A stretch of DNA of 53,384 bases from Pseudomonadota bacterium (GCA_043825735.1 JBDRRP010000055.1:62001-115384); one strand, 5' to 3'. Numbered from the stretch's first letter, positions 1 to 7,929 are shown. The notes: generated by a model not told the origin, from the sequence alone. Program-made: numbers and translations.

Positions 1-465
1 GATCATGGGGCGTTCGTTTCGGCGGCTGCGCCGATGGATCTCCCGCGCCACCAGTTCCTTGCCGGTCCCGGATTCTCCCAAAATCAGCACGCTGGCGTCG
101 GTCGGCGCCACCAGCTCGATCTGCTGGATCACGGTCTTCAGCACGGGCGCCTCCCCGATGATGTCCCCGCAGGCGTGCAGCCCCTCGAGTTCCTCCCGAA
201 GAAAGACGTTTTCCGCCTGAAGCCGGTCCTTGAGCACCTTCAACTCTGCAGTGCGCAGGGCCACCGTGCTTTCGAGCGCATCATTGGCGGCGCGTATTTT
301 CTCTTCGCTTTTCTTGAGCTCGGCGACGTGAATGCTGCAGTCCAGTTTGAGCGCGTCTGCGGTTTCACGCAGCACGCGCTCCGAAGCTTCCAGTTCGGCC
401 ACCCGTCTGCGCAGCGCTTCTGTCTCCTGAAACTGTTGTTTGCCGGTCTTTTTGGCTCGAGCCAT
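1..465 (-). CDS. Sigma54-dependent transcriptional activator (NtrC/FhlA-type enhancer-binding protein), runs off the left edge (C-terminal part missing)
   Basis: Not in ORF track. Manual translation from ATG at 465: MARAKKTGKQQFQETEALRRRVAELE...RTAELKVLKDRLQAENVFLREELEG...[55 protein letters not shown]. Contains the Walker A GESGTGKE of sigma54 AAA+ domains. Confidence 0.9.
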   Translation of the reverse strand, partial: MARAKKTGKQQFQETEALRRRVAELEASERVLRETADALKLDCSIHVAELKKSEEKIRAANDALESTVALRTAELKVLKDRLQAENVFLREELEGLHACGDIIGEAPVLKTVIQQIELVAPTDASVLILGESGTGKELVAREIHRRSRRNERPMI

Positions 466-651
466 GTCGTCATTTCCGATAACAGGGGGACCTGCTTATG
501 TACAGTTCTCAAGTTGACTTTACCTGCGGCACTGCGTGGTGATCAAAAACATCAGGGGCTGCGAGTCACCGGCACGGTAATTGTGTTCTGTGCATAACCA
601 GATAGGGAAAAACGCCGTTGCCTGTCGATAAGCATTATTTTGGAGTTTCTC

Positions 652-682
652 AACAAAATCTTGATCGCATCAAAATTTTGAT
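652..682. promoter_or_regulatory. Tandem 14-bp palindromic sites, candidate upstream activator sequence
   Basis: AACAAAATCTTGAT (652-665) and the perfect palindrome ATCAAAATTTTGAT (669-682) in an AT-rich island about 70-100 bp upstream of a sigma54-like motif. Confidence 0.5.
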
Positions 683-749
683 TAATTCCGGTGGCGCCCC
701 AAATGGCTCAATGCCGCGAATGCCGGGGCATCGCGCATCGGCCTGAATT

Positions 750-765
750 CGGCACGGTAATTGAA
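750..765 (+). promoter_or_regulatory. Sigma54-like -24/-12 promoter (non-canonical -12)
   Basis: CGGCACGGTAATTGAA = GG-N10-GA versus consensus TGGCACG-N4-TTGC. The same 14-mer CGGCACGGTAATTG also occurs at 570-583. Confidence 0.45.
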
Positions 766-998
766 AAGGATATAAGCGATGCGACCCCTCTCAGACAGAC
801 GGCCCTTCCCGGAGCCAGTCGGCGCCACGCAGCGGCATACTCATGGTGGTGCTTCATTCAGCGGATCGGGCCGCCACCGGGAGCGTTCTTGACCTTTTCG
901 GCGTAAAAGCGCACAGGCTGCGGTCGCCGGTAAGGCGATCGCCGTGAACTGAGCAGGGCGTTGCGCATGAATTCAATGATCAACCATGGAGGAGCGCC

Positions 999-1151
999 AT
1001 GAGCAATGATAATGATGAATCCAAAAAAGATGTCAGCGAAGAATCCGACAACCGTCAAGATGGCGACAGGGCCTGTTGCTTTGTGGTCGATCCCTGCGGC
1101 TGCTATGTGGATCCGTGCGGTTGCATGACGAGATATTCCTGTTGCTGTTAG
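999..1151 (+). CDS. Small cysteine-rich peptide, 50 aa, 9 Cys (metallothionein-like or RiPP-precursor-like)
   Basis: GGAGGAG RBS just upstream. Manual translation MSNDNDESKKDVSEESDNRQDGDRACCFVVDPCGCYVDPCGCMTRYSCCC*. Below the ORF-track length cutoff. Confidence 0.75.
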   Translation: MSNDNDESKKDVSEESDNRQDGDRACCFVVDPCGCYVDPCGCMTRYSCCC

Positions 1152-1184
1152 ACAACAGGCCTGCGACAGAAAGGAGTTTCAGCC

Positions 1185-1376
1185 ATGAAGGACATTCTCA
1201 AACGCGACATTACCGGTGAATGTGTCGGCGAGTGCAAGGACACCGTAAACGAGGGTTACCGGAACCGACAGTCCGCTATCAATGCCGAAGGCGGCGACTG
1301 GCCGGACACGTTCCCCAGGGTGTCCAGTGCAAGCGCCCGTAACGCGCCGCCCGGGTTTCTCGGGGGACACGTCTAA
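1185..1376 (+). CDS. Small hypothetical protein (63 aa, CxxxC), probably co-transcribed with the Cys-rich peptide
   Basis: AAAGGAG RBS upstream of the ATG; starts 33 bp after the stop of the 999-1151 ORF. Confidence 0.6.
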   Translation: MKDILKRDITGECVGECKDTVNEGYRNRQSAINAEGGDWPDTFPRVSSASARNAPPGFLGGHV

Positions 1377-1524
1377 GCGGTGACGCAGCAGCAACCGTGC
1401 AGACGGGTCGGACGCCTGCCGGCGCCCGGCGGGCGTCCTTTTATGGCAACGCCGAGAGGCTTGCCGAATCCGGCCTGCAGCGCAAACGCCTGAGGGTTGA
1501 GGCGATACAGCTGCCGGATGGTGC

Positions 1525-4518
1525 TCAGGCCGGGGACTCACCAGGCAGGATCACACCCTGCCCCGTGCGGCCGTTGATCTTTATGACCAGCGGCGCGTCG
1601 AGCCGGATGTGACGGATGTACTGCGATTCGGCAGCGGCCGGGTGGGCGTCGAGCCATTGATAGTCGAAACATCCGTCGGCGCCTTCGGTAATGGTAATGT
1701 AGGGGATTCCCAGGGCGGTGATGTTCTGGAAAAAATGCGAGCCCTGGGACGGATCGGCATGAAGCAGTTGGTTTCGGATCTCGACGATGGCGCCGACAGC
1801 CGAGATCTGGTGCCACTGCACCGGAATCCCCAGCCAGCGATCCGCCGAGCCCCAGCGGCCTGGCCCCACCAACAGGTAGGGCCGGTGCTGGGCGGATAAG
1901 TCGGCATTGATGCGGCCCACGGCCTCGGCCATCTGGGCGGTGGCGGCGGCCTCGAAGGTATCGGGCCGCACATACACCACGTCCCGGATGGTTTCCAGGC
2001 GGCCGTTTCCCAGCGCCGATGACGAGTTGCAGACCGCGGTCTGCAGCTCTTCTGCCAAGATATCCACTTCAAAGACATCTCCCCCGGCGGCCATGGGACG
2101 CATCTGCAGAAAGTAGAACGCATCCTTTCGATCGCTGCCTTCCGGGGCCAGGTCCACGGCGAACTCCATCTCGACCGGACACCCCATCCCTTTTCGCCCA
2201 AGAGCGAGTAGATCGGCCAAGAGATTTGCCAGGGGAAAACGGCGGTATTTGAGCACCGAAGCGAAGGTAATGACTGTCGGGCCTTTTCCGGTAAAGGAAT
2301 CCCTGATCCGATGCTCGTCGATAATATAGGTGCTGGCAAGGGTGTTGACCGGGTACTCTCCAGCGGCGTCGTCGATGTCACGCTTTTCCAGGTTGGCATT
2401 GGTGAGATAGTTAAGCGCTTCAGGGCAATCCTCGATTTTTAATGCGTAAAAATACCGCTGGGCGTTTTCGAGCATATCATCCACAGAAGAAAACTGAGGC
2501 ATCACGCCGGGATGCCGGGGAGAGAAGCGCAGGCACCGCTCCCCCTGAACCACCGTTCGCCCCATTCCCAGTGCCACCAGGGCAATGCCGTCATCGGCCG
2601 TCATGGGAGCGACCGGGTAGTAGTTGTGACTCTGAGCCACCCCGGCGAAGGTGGGATAAAAATACTTCCCGTAGCGGCTTCCGGCCAGTTCCTGGATGAT
2701 GACGGCCATCGCCTCTTCCTGGGGTTGAGTGGCGATGTGCCGGGAATAGGCGCGCGGGTTCTCGTAAAAGGTGGAGGCGTAGACCAGTTTCACGGCATCA
2801 ACCAACTGAGACAGACGCAGCGCCGGGTCAGGGGCGTTGTTGGGGATCATATAGGTTTCGTAAAGACCGGCATAGGGCTGAAACTGGGCATCTTCAAGAA
2901 GACTCGACGAGCGCACCGACAAGGGGAACGTCACCTGTCGACTGAAGGCCGTCAACTGCTCGAGCAGCGGGGGCGGCATGTCTGCCGCCAAAAATCGCCG
3001 GGTGACCTCACGATTGTCCAGATCCTCGGCAGCGGCAAGATCGCCCATCTGATTGTACTCGAGGAACGCCTCGAACCCGTCGGTGCAGATCACCAGTGTG
3101 CGCGGCACCTGAATGTCCACGGTGGGGTAGGCTTCGTGCAGCTCCGCCGATTCCTGAAGCATGGCCGACATGAATGCGAGGCTTCTGGCCTTCCCGCCCA
3201 GGGAGCCGGATCCGATCCGAACGAAGTCCATGACCTCCGGGTCGTAGTGGGCGCCCTTGAACTGGGCCACCACCCCTTTTTGACGCAACCGCCGCAGCGC
3301 CCGGATGTTGTCGATGAGATACCGACGCATCCCGGCGATGTTTTCGAACGCTTCCACGTGCACCGTCCGAAACACCGACGCGAGCGCGATTTCCGAGCGC
3401 CCCATGATCCAGTTGGAAAAATGGTTCCGGCGGGCGTGGTAGAGCAAAGACGCCTCCGGCACCTCGGCGATACGCTCCTGAAGCTCTCTCAGGTTGGCTG
3501 CCCGTGCCGTCTCGGTCCCATCCGGCAGTCGGAATACGAAATCACCGAATCCTAAATGGGAAAGAAAAAAGGCATGGATCTCCGCCAGCAGATGGGGGGC
3601 GTTCTTGTCGAGAAACACGGCTGGCACGGCAGCGGCACGGCCGGCGTTTTCGGGGTTCGCGCTGAGAAGCAGCAGCGGCAGGTCCGGGATTTCCGCCCGG
3701 ACCCGGGTGAGCAGCTCCCAGCCGGCATCTGGATTCATCGCGCCGCCTCGCGGCATCCGGGTGTCCGAGATCACCCCGAACATGTAGTCTTTGTACTGCT
3801 CGTAAGCGGCCACCGCCTCATCGTAGGTTTCAGCCAGCAGTATTTTGGGTCGTGCCCGCATTTTCAGCAAACGATGGTCTTCATTGAGTCCTTCCATAAG
3901 GATGCCCTGGGTCTGACGCACCACTTCCTTGTAAACCAGCGGCAGCAGCAGCGACTGATAGACCGGGTTGTCTTCCACCAGCAGCAGCACCCTCACCTGG
4001 GCACGCCGGCAGTCGCGGGCCACGTTCATGCGGTCTTCGACATTCTTCACGAGTGCCAGCAGCAGGTCGCTGTTACCGGACCAGATGGCCATGCGGTCAA
4101 TGCCCCTTCGATGCTTGCCGGGAGGCACCGGGAAAATACCGCGGGTGCTGTGGGCCAGCAGGATCACCGGCAACTCGGGGCGCAGCCGTTTGACCGCCGC
4201 GCCAAAGGAGAAAGCGTCCATGTCATCCAGGTGCGGCATGGTGAGCACCAGGTCCACGGTCATTTCACCGATGATTTCCAGAGCCCTGCGGGCGCTGGCA
4301 ATGCGGGTGACCCGTGGCGGATGGCTCAGATTCAACCCGCTGTATTCGGTAATGATGCGAGTGGCCAGGCTGCCGTCTTCCTCAAGAATAAAGGCATCGT
4401 ACGGGCTCGACACCAGAAGGATCTGACGCACCTTATTGGCCATGAGCTCGTGGTAAATCTTAAAGTTTGCGGAAAACCCGGTGTCCGTTGCGCTGATTCT
4501 GGCGTCTTTGGGTTTCAT
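1525..4518 (-). CDS. Receiver-domain / PEP-pyruvate-binding (PPDK_N, PEP-synthase-like) fusion protein
   Basis: 997 aa. Two N-terminal REC-like regions (ILLVSSPYDAF; VLLLVED...GVISD), then PPDK_N ATP-grasp motifs GGKARSL, SVRSSSLLED, MAVIIQE, EMEFAVD, FLQMRP. Confidence 0.85.
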   Translation of the reverse strand: MKPKDARISATDTGFSANFKIYHELMANKVRQILLVSSPYDAFILEEDGSLATRIITEYSGLNLSHPPRVTRIASARRALEIIGEMTVDLVLTMPHLDDMDAFSFGAAVKRLRPELPVILLAHSTRGIFPVPPGKHRRGIDRMAIWSGNSDLLLALVKNVEDRMNVARDCRRAQVRVLLLVEDNPVYQSLLLPLVYKEVVRQTQGILMEGLNEDHRLLKMRARPKILLAETYDEAVAAYEQYKDYMFGVISDTRMPRGGAMNPDAGWELLTRVRAEIPDLPLLLLSANPENAGRAAAVPAVFLDKNAPHLLAEIHAFFLSHLGFGDFVFRLPDGTETARAANLRELQERIAEVPEASLLYHARRNHFSNWIMGRSEIALASVFRTVHVEAFENIAGMRRYLIDNIRALRRLRQKGVVAQFKGAHYDPEVMDFVRIGSGSLGGKARSLAFMSAMLQESAELHEAYPTVDIQVPRTLVICTDGFEAFLEYNQMGDLAAAEDLDNREVTRRFLAADMPPPLLEQLTAFSRQVTFPLSVRSSSLLEDAQFQPYAGLYETYMIPNNAPDPALRLSQLVDAVKLVYASTFYENPRAYSRHIATQPQEEAMAVIIQELAGSRYGKYFYPTFAGVAQSHNYYPVAPMTADDGIALVALGMGRTVVQGERCLRFSPRHPGVMPQFSSVDDMLENAQRYFYALKIEDCPEALNYLTNANLEKRDIDDAAGEYPVNTLASTYIIDEHRIRDSFTGKGPTVITFASVLKYRRFPLANLLADLLALGRKGMGCPVEMEFAVDLAPEGSDRKDAFYFLQMRPMAAGGDVFEVDILAEELQTAVCNSSSALGNGRLETIRDVVYVRPDTFEAAATAQMAEAVGRINADLSAQHRPYLLVGPGRWGSADRWLGIPVQWHQISAVGAIVEIRNQLLHADPSQGSHFFQNITALGIPYITITEGADGCFDYQWLDAHPAAAESQYIRHIRLDAPLVIKINGRTGQGVILPGESPA

Positions 4519-5131
4519 GGGCCCTGACAGGGGGTCTCATTTCTGGCGCCGCTGGCGCCTGGTTTTGAGCGGTGGCTCGATAGTGTCTATCCATAAACGG
4601 TAGATTTTGGTTCAATGCAAGGCTTGAGCATTCGGCAACCAAGGCTACCACACAAAAACGCCGGGATCAAAGGCGGCGGGTTGACTTCGTATTCAGGGAC
4701 GTGCCGCCGATGGTTTGTGGCGGATTGTGCCTGGGCGGCCTTTGGCGGGACACCAAATGATGAGCTGATTGCCGTTACGCCAGGGGTTACCCACTGGGCA
4801 AGGACGGGGTGCGTCGGGCAGGCACGGGGATTGCTTTCATGTAGTGATGATATATTTGAATAACACCATTACATTCGCCTGGTTCGGGAGTCCATTATGA
4901 TCGCATGCCGGCAGTGCCGTCATTTTTTCATCACCTGGGAAAAAACAGCCCCCTACGGCTGCCATGCCCTCGGATTCAAGTCCCGCGTGATTCCCATCCG
5001 CGCGGTGCAACAGGCCACACCGGGAATGAATTGCCAGTTCTTTGAGGCAAAAGCGACGGTGGACAAGTGAACGCAGATGGGGATTGGCGGCCTGGGGGCG
5101 AAGGGCAACTGCCACTGCAAAGAGAATGAAG

Positions 5132-5172
5132 CGCGGATTACGCAGATTACGCAGATTAGCGGCCTGCGGCCG
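5132..5172. repeat. 9-nt tandem repeat (CGCRGATTA x3) followed by a short hairpin
   Basis: cgcggatta cgcagatta cgcagatta then gcggcctgcggccg. Related units occur at 42081-42173. Confidence 0.7.
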
Positions 5173-5222
5173 GGAACTGCCAGATGTTAGATGGGGGGTT
5201 TTTAACCCAAAAAGAATATTTC

Positions 5223-5307
5223 TCGCGCAGAGGCGCCGAGACGCAGAGAACTGCGGAAAATGAAATTGCGCGAGTGCTTTTCCCAGCGCCTCTGCGCCTC
5301 TGCGCGA
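5223..5307. repeat. REP-like inverted repeat with triple CGCAGAG-type units
   Basis: tcgcgcagaggcgccgagacgcagag ... cccagcgcctctgcgcctctgcgcga. Confidence 0.75.
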
Positions 5308-5379
5308 ATTTTTTTCCCGCTTGCCTATGAAGCTCCAGTATGCTCTCAACGGCCGCTGCCTCATGGCCGCGTTTTTTAT

Positions 5380-5464
5380 ACCGCGAAGTTCACGAAGCAC
5401 ACGAAGTTTTTAATACCCCATTGTTGTACAAAGTAATCTTCGTGACCTTCGTGTTCTTCGTGGT
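5380..5464. repeat. REP-like inverted repeat with triple CACGAAG units (9-nt period)
   Basis: accgcgaagttcacgaagcacacgaag ... cttcgtgaccttcgtgttcttcgtggt. Same family as 50254-50339. Confidence 0.8.
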
Positions 5465-5517
5465 GAACTTTCCGGACAAGCGTGTTCGTTATTTCCACGT
5501 GCACCGTCTCCCGTCCC

Positions 5518-6252
5518 CTATTTCGCCGCCGCCGTATCGCCGATCATGAGAAAGGCCTCGGCCGGCTCGGTGAGGGGAAATACCCAGGTGGCGGTTGCGA
5601 TCTTTGTGCCGTCGGCGTGCTTCAGGCTGAGATTGAACAGCCGGGGAACCTCCTGAAGGCCAAGCGCCCGCTTGCGATTGTCTGCAATGAGCATTTCCAA
5701 TGATTCGGCGTGGACCACCTTTTCCAGACCCATACCAATGAAATCGGCAGCCTGGCGCCCGCCCATCCGGCTCCAGGCTTCATTGGCGGACCAGAACACC
5801 ATGCCGCAAAATACGGCCGCCGGCAAATCAATCTGGTGTATGAACTGGAGTCGCTCGTGGTAAGTGGTCAGAAAATAGCGGCAGGTGCCGCACGGGTCCG
5901 GGCAGGCCAAACCGTCCGTGTAGCGGGCGGTGAAGCAGGCATCAAGATGCCGGCTCCTGACCACGCACCGGGAGCATTTCTTACCGTGAGCATTGCCCTT
6001 GAAAAAATCCCAGCAGGGCTGGAGCGAGCGGAAACTCGGCGCGAGCCCTTCTCCCTGATTCAATGCTTCGGGGACACGCTGCCCGGAAACCTTTAAAAAG
6101 TAAATCAGCTCTTCAACAGGGATCGTGTAGTTGCGCCCGGTGCGAACGGCGCGCAGCTTTCCGGACCGAATCCAGTAACCCACCGTTGTTCGACCGACCC
6201 CGCACAACACGGCGGCCCGTGTCACGGAAATGGTTCGGTTTTGTTTTGCCAT
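5518..6252 (-). CDS. Excisionase/MerR-like HTH (HTH_17) regulator with Cys-rich middle segment and C-terminal PAS domain
   Basis: N-term SVTRAAVLCGVGRTTVGYWIRSGKLRAVRTGRNYTIP. Middle CWDFF...CSRC...CF...CPDPCGTCRYF. PAS-like SANEAWSRMGG...DFIGMGLEKVVHAES...LKHADG. Confidence 0.8.
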   Translation of the reverse strand: MAKQNRTISVTRAAVLCGVGRTTVGYWIRSGKLRAVRTGRNYTIPVEELIYFLKVSGQRVPEALNQGEGLAPSFRSLQPCWDFFKGNAHGKKCSRCVVRSRHLDACFTARYTDGLACPDPCGTCRYFLTTYHERLQFIHQIDLPAAVFCGMVFWSANEAWSRMGGRQAADFIGMGLEKVVHAESLEMLIADNRKRALGLQEVPRLFNLSLKHADGTKIATATWVFPLTEPAEAFLMIGDTAAAK

Positions 6253-6322
6253 TGGATGCCTCCAGTAGAAGTAGAAAACTGTTCGAGAGTCAATGCTGAC
6301 AAACTGGTAAAAAAGCGATTTT

Positions 6323-6432
6323 CTCGCAAAGGCGCCAAGCCCGCCAAGAAAAACAAATTTTTACCAATGCGTTAACTTTGCGATCTTTGCCCTTCGAATT
6401 CGCTTAGGGCCGTGAGCCTGTCGAACGGCGAC
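6323..6432. repeat. REP-like element (CGCMAAG units) with a second hairpin element nested in its right arm
   Basis: ctcgcaaaggcgccaagcccgccaag ... ctttgcgatctttgc [ccttcgaattcgcttagggccgtgagcctgtcgaacg] gcgac. Confidence 0.55.
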
Positions 6433-6552
6433 TTCTTGTCAAGGCATAGCTCGCAGAGCGGCGCCTGATGCGAGAGGTTCCTGCCTTTTACTGAACCTTC
6501 AGCATTGCGCCTTGATAGATAGTGTCTATCCAGAAATGGACACAAACGAGAC

Positions 6553-7017
6553 TCACCGCCCATCGATGACGATGCCCATATTCTTGAGCATTTCCCAGGA
6601 CTGCCGGCGATCATCATCGGAGGTCCGTGAAGACTGGTACCGAATCAACTCCCGGAGCGCCTCGTCGCTCATGCCTTTTTCCTTCAAGGCCATCAAATCG
6701 TTGATGCTCGCGGCATTGATCGGCTGAACGTCCTTGCCATAGACCGTGGTCCCGGCGTTTTTCATAAATGAGCGCTCATGCACCAGCATGACGATGGTAT
6801 CCTCGGACATGCCTGATTTCTTGAGCGAAACGATGTCATCAACCGTAAATGCGGCCGTTTCCAGTGATTTTTCGGCAATGAGTGCTTCAATGACGCTACC
6901 GCCCACTCCGGCGGCGCTCAGCGCAGACAGTTGTTGGCTGCTCATTCCCGCGGCGAGTGCCACGGCCGCCGCCAGCAAAAGACTTCTGGCACCCCAATGT
7001 TTTATTGAAATCTGCAT
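6553..7017 (-). CDS. Hypothetical exported protein with an internally repeated helical motif
   Basis: Starts a few bp after the flgL stop. Signal-peptide-like N-terminus; repeats TVDDIVSLKKSGMSEDTI / SINDLMALKEKGMSDEAL. Confidence 0.7.
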   Translation of the reverse strand: MQISIKHWGARSLLLAAAVALAAGMSSQQLSALSAAGVGGSVIEALIAEKSLETAAFTVDDIVSLKKSGMSEDTIVMLVHERSFMKNAGTTVYGKDVQPINAASINDLMALKEKGMSDEALRELIRYQSSRTSDDDRRQSWEMLKNMGIVIDGR

Positions 7018-7023
7018 GACTGA

Positions 7024-7929
7024 TCACCCTAAGAATTTAAGCAAGCTCGGTTGAATAACCCGCGCAGAAGCGGCCAGTGCCGATTCGTAGGCCGATTCTT
7101 CCGCCTTCAAATCCAGAATCGCTTCAGCCAGATCCACCCCTTCGGTCTCCGCCAGGGCGGTTTCAAATCCGAGCCTAAAGCGGGAGAGTTGGTTTTCGGT
7201 AGATTCCAGTCGACCGTACGTGGCGGCATTGCCGGCACGTATTTGCCGGAGCTGATCGATGGCGTCCACCATCCGGTTTTGTCGGTCCTGAATAACGGCC
7301 GTATCCGGTGCACCGCTGGAGAGTTCGCCCACGACATCGGCCATCAGGGCGAAAACATCCTCGGCCCCCGTAAAGATTTCGGCACCGTTGGCTCTGACCG
7401 AGACCTCAGAATTTTCTCCCACGATGTACCGGGCATCAGCGCCGGCCGTGTTGTCACCGACATAGGTAATCACCCCGGTGGCCGGATCGGCCGTAAACGG
7501 CGGGGTATCTGTTTTGCGACCGCCGAACAGGTAGACGCCGTTTTGCTGGGTATTGGCCAAGCCCAAAAGTTGATCCCTGATATCGGTGATCTGGTCTGCA
7601 GCAATCGCGCGGGATGCGGCGTCACTGGAGCCCGAAGCGTTGGCTGCGGTAATGCGCTTGGCCTGGTTGACAAGATCGTCCGCCATGCCCAGGGTGGTTT
7701 CCACGATGTCCAGCCGGGTTTTGGCCACGCCCACGTTGCGCTGGTACTGATCGATGCTGGCGATGGTTTTACGATAATTGAGCACCGACGACATCCCGGC
7801 CGGGTCGTCCGATGGCCGGTTGATGCGTTTCTGGGTCGACACCCGTGTCTGGGCATCCACGAGCTTTCCTGCCCGCTGAAACAGATTCCCGGTGACCGTA
7901 TTGCTGATCTGGTTAGGAGTGATGCGCAT
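7024..7929 (-). CDS. flgL: Flagellar hook-associated protein 3 FlgL
   Basis: MRIT..., KRINRPSDDP, YLFGGRKTDTPPF, C-term AYESALAASARVIQPSLLKFL; follows flgK. Confidence 0.95.
   Translation of the reverse strand: MRITPNQISNTVTGNLFQRAGKLVDAQTRVSTQKRINRPSDDPAGMSSVLNYRKTIASIDQYQRNVGVAKTRLDIVETTLGMADDLVNQAKRITAANASGSSDAASRAIAADQITDIRDQLLGLANTQQNGVYLFGGRKTDTPPFTADPATGVITYVGDNTAGADARYIVGENSEVSVRANGAEIFTGAEDVFALMADVVGELSSGAPDTAVIQDRQNRMVDAIDQLRQIRAGNAATYGRLESTENQLSRFRLGFETALAETEGVDLAEAILDLKAEESAYESALAASARVIQPSLLKFLG

Noticed and set aside
661..673. FNR-like box TTGAT-CGC-ATCAA
   Set aside because: The spacer is 3 nt rather than the canonical 4; better explained as the junction of two tandem palindromes.
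779..892. Possible short ORF MRPLSDRR... upstream of the Cys-rich peptide
   Set aside because: Its putative RBS overlaps the -12 region of the sigma54-like motif and the product has no distinctive features.
4837..5400. 187-aa minus-strand ORF, plus similar ORFs at 22069-22312, 29558-29791 and 50199-50411
   Set aside because: The translations are largely read-throughs of the intergenic repeats (e.g. NLRNLRNPR, QRSEVRGQR, HEVHEGHE).
5132..5464. Possible CRISPR array
   Set aside because: Units are 7-9 nt, tandem or inverted, with no 23-47-nt direct repeats separated by unique spacers and no cas genes.
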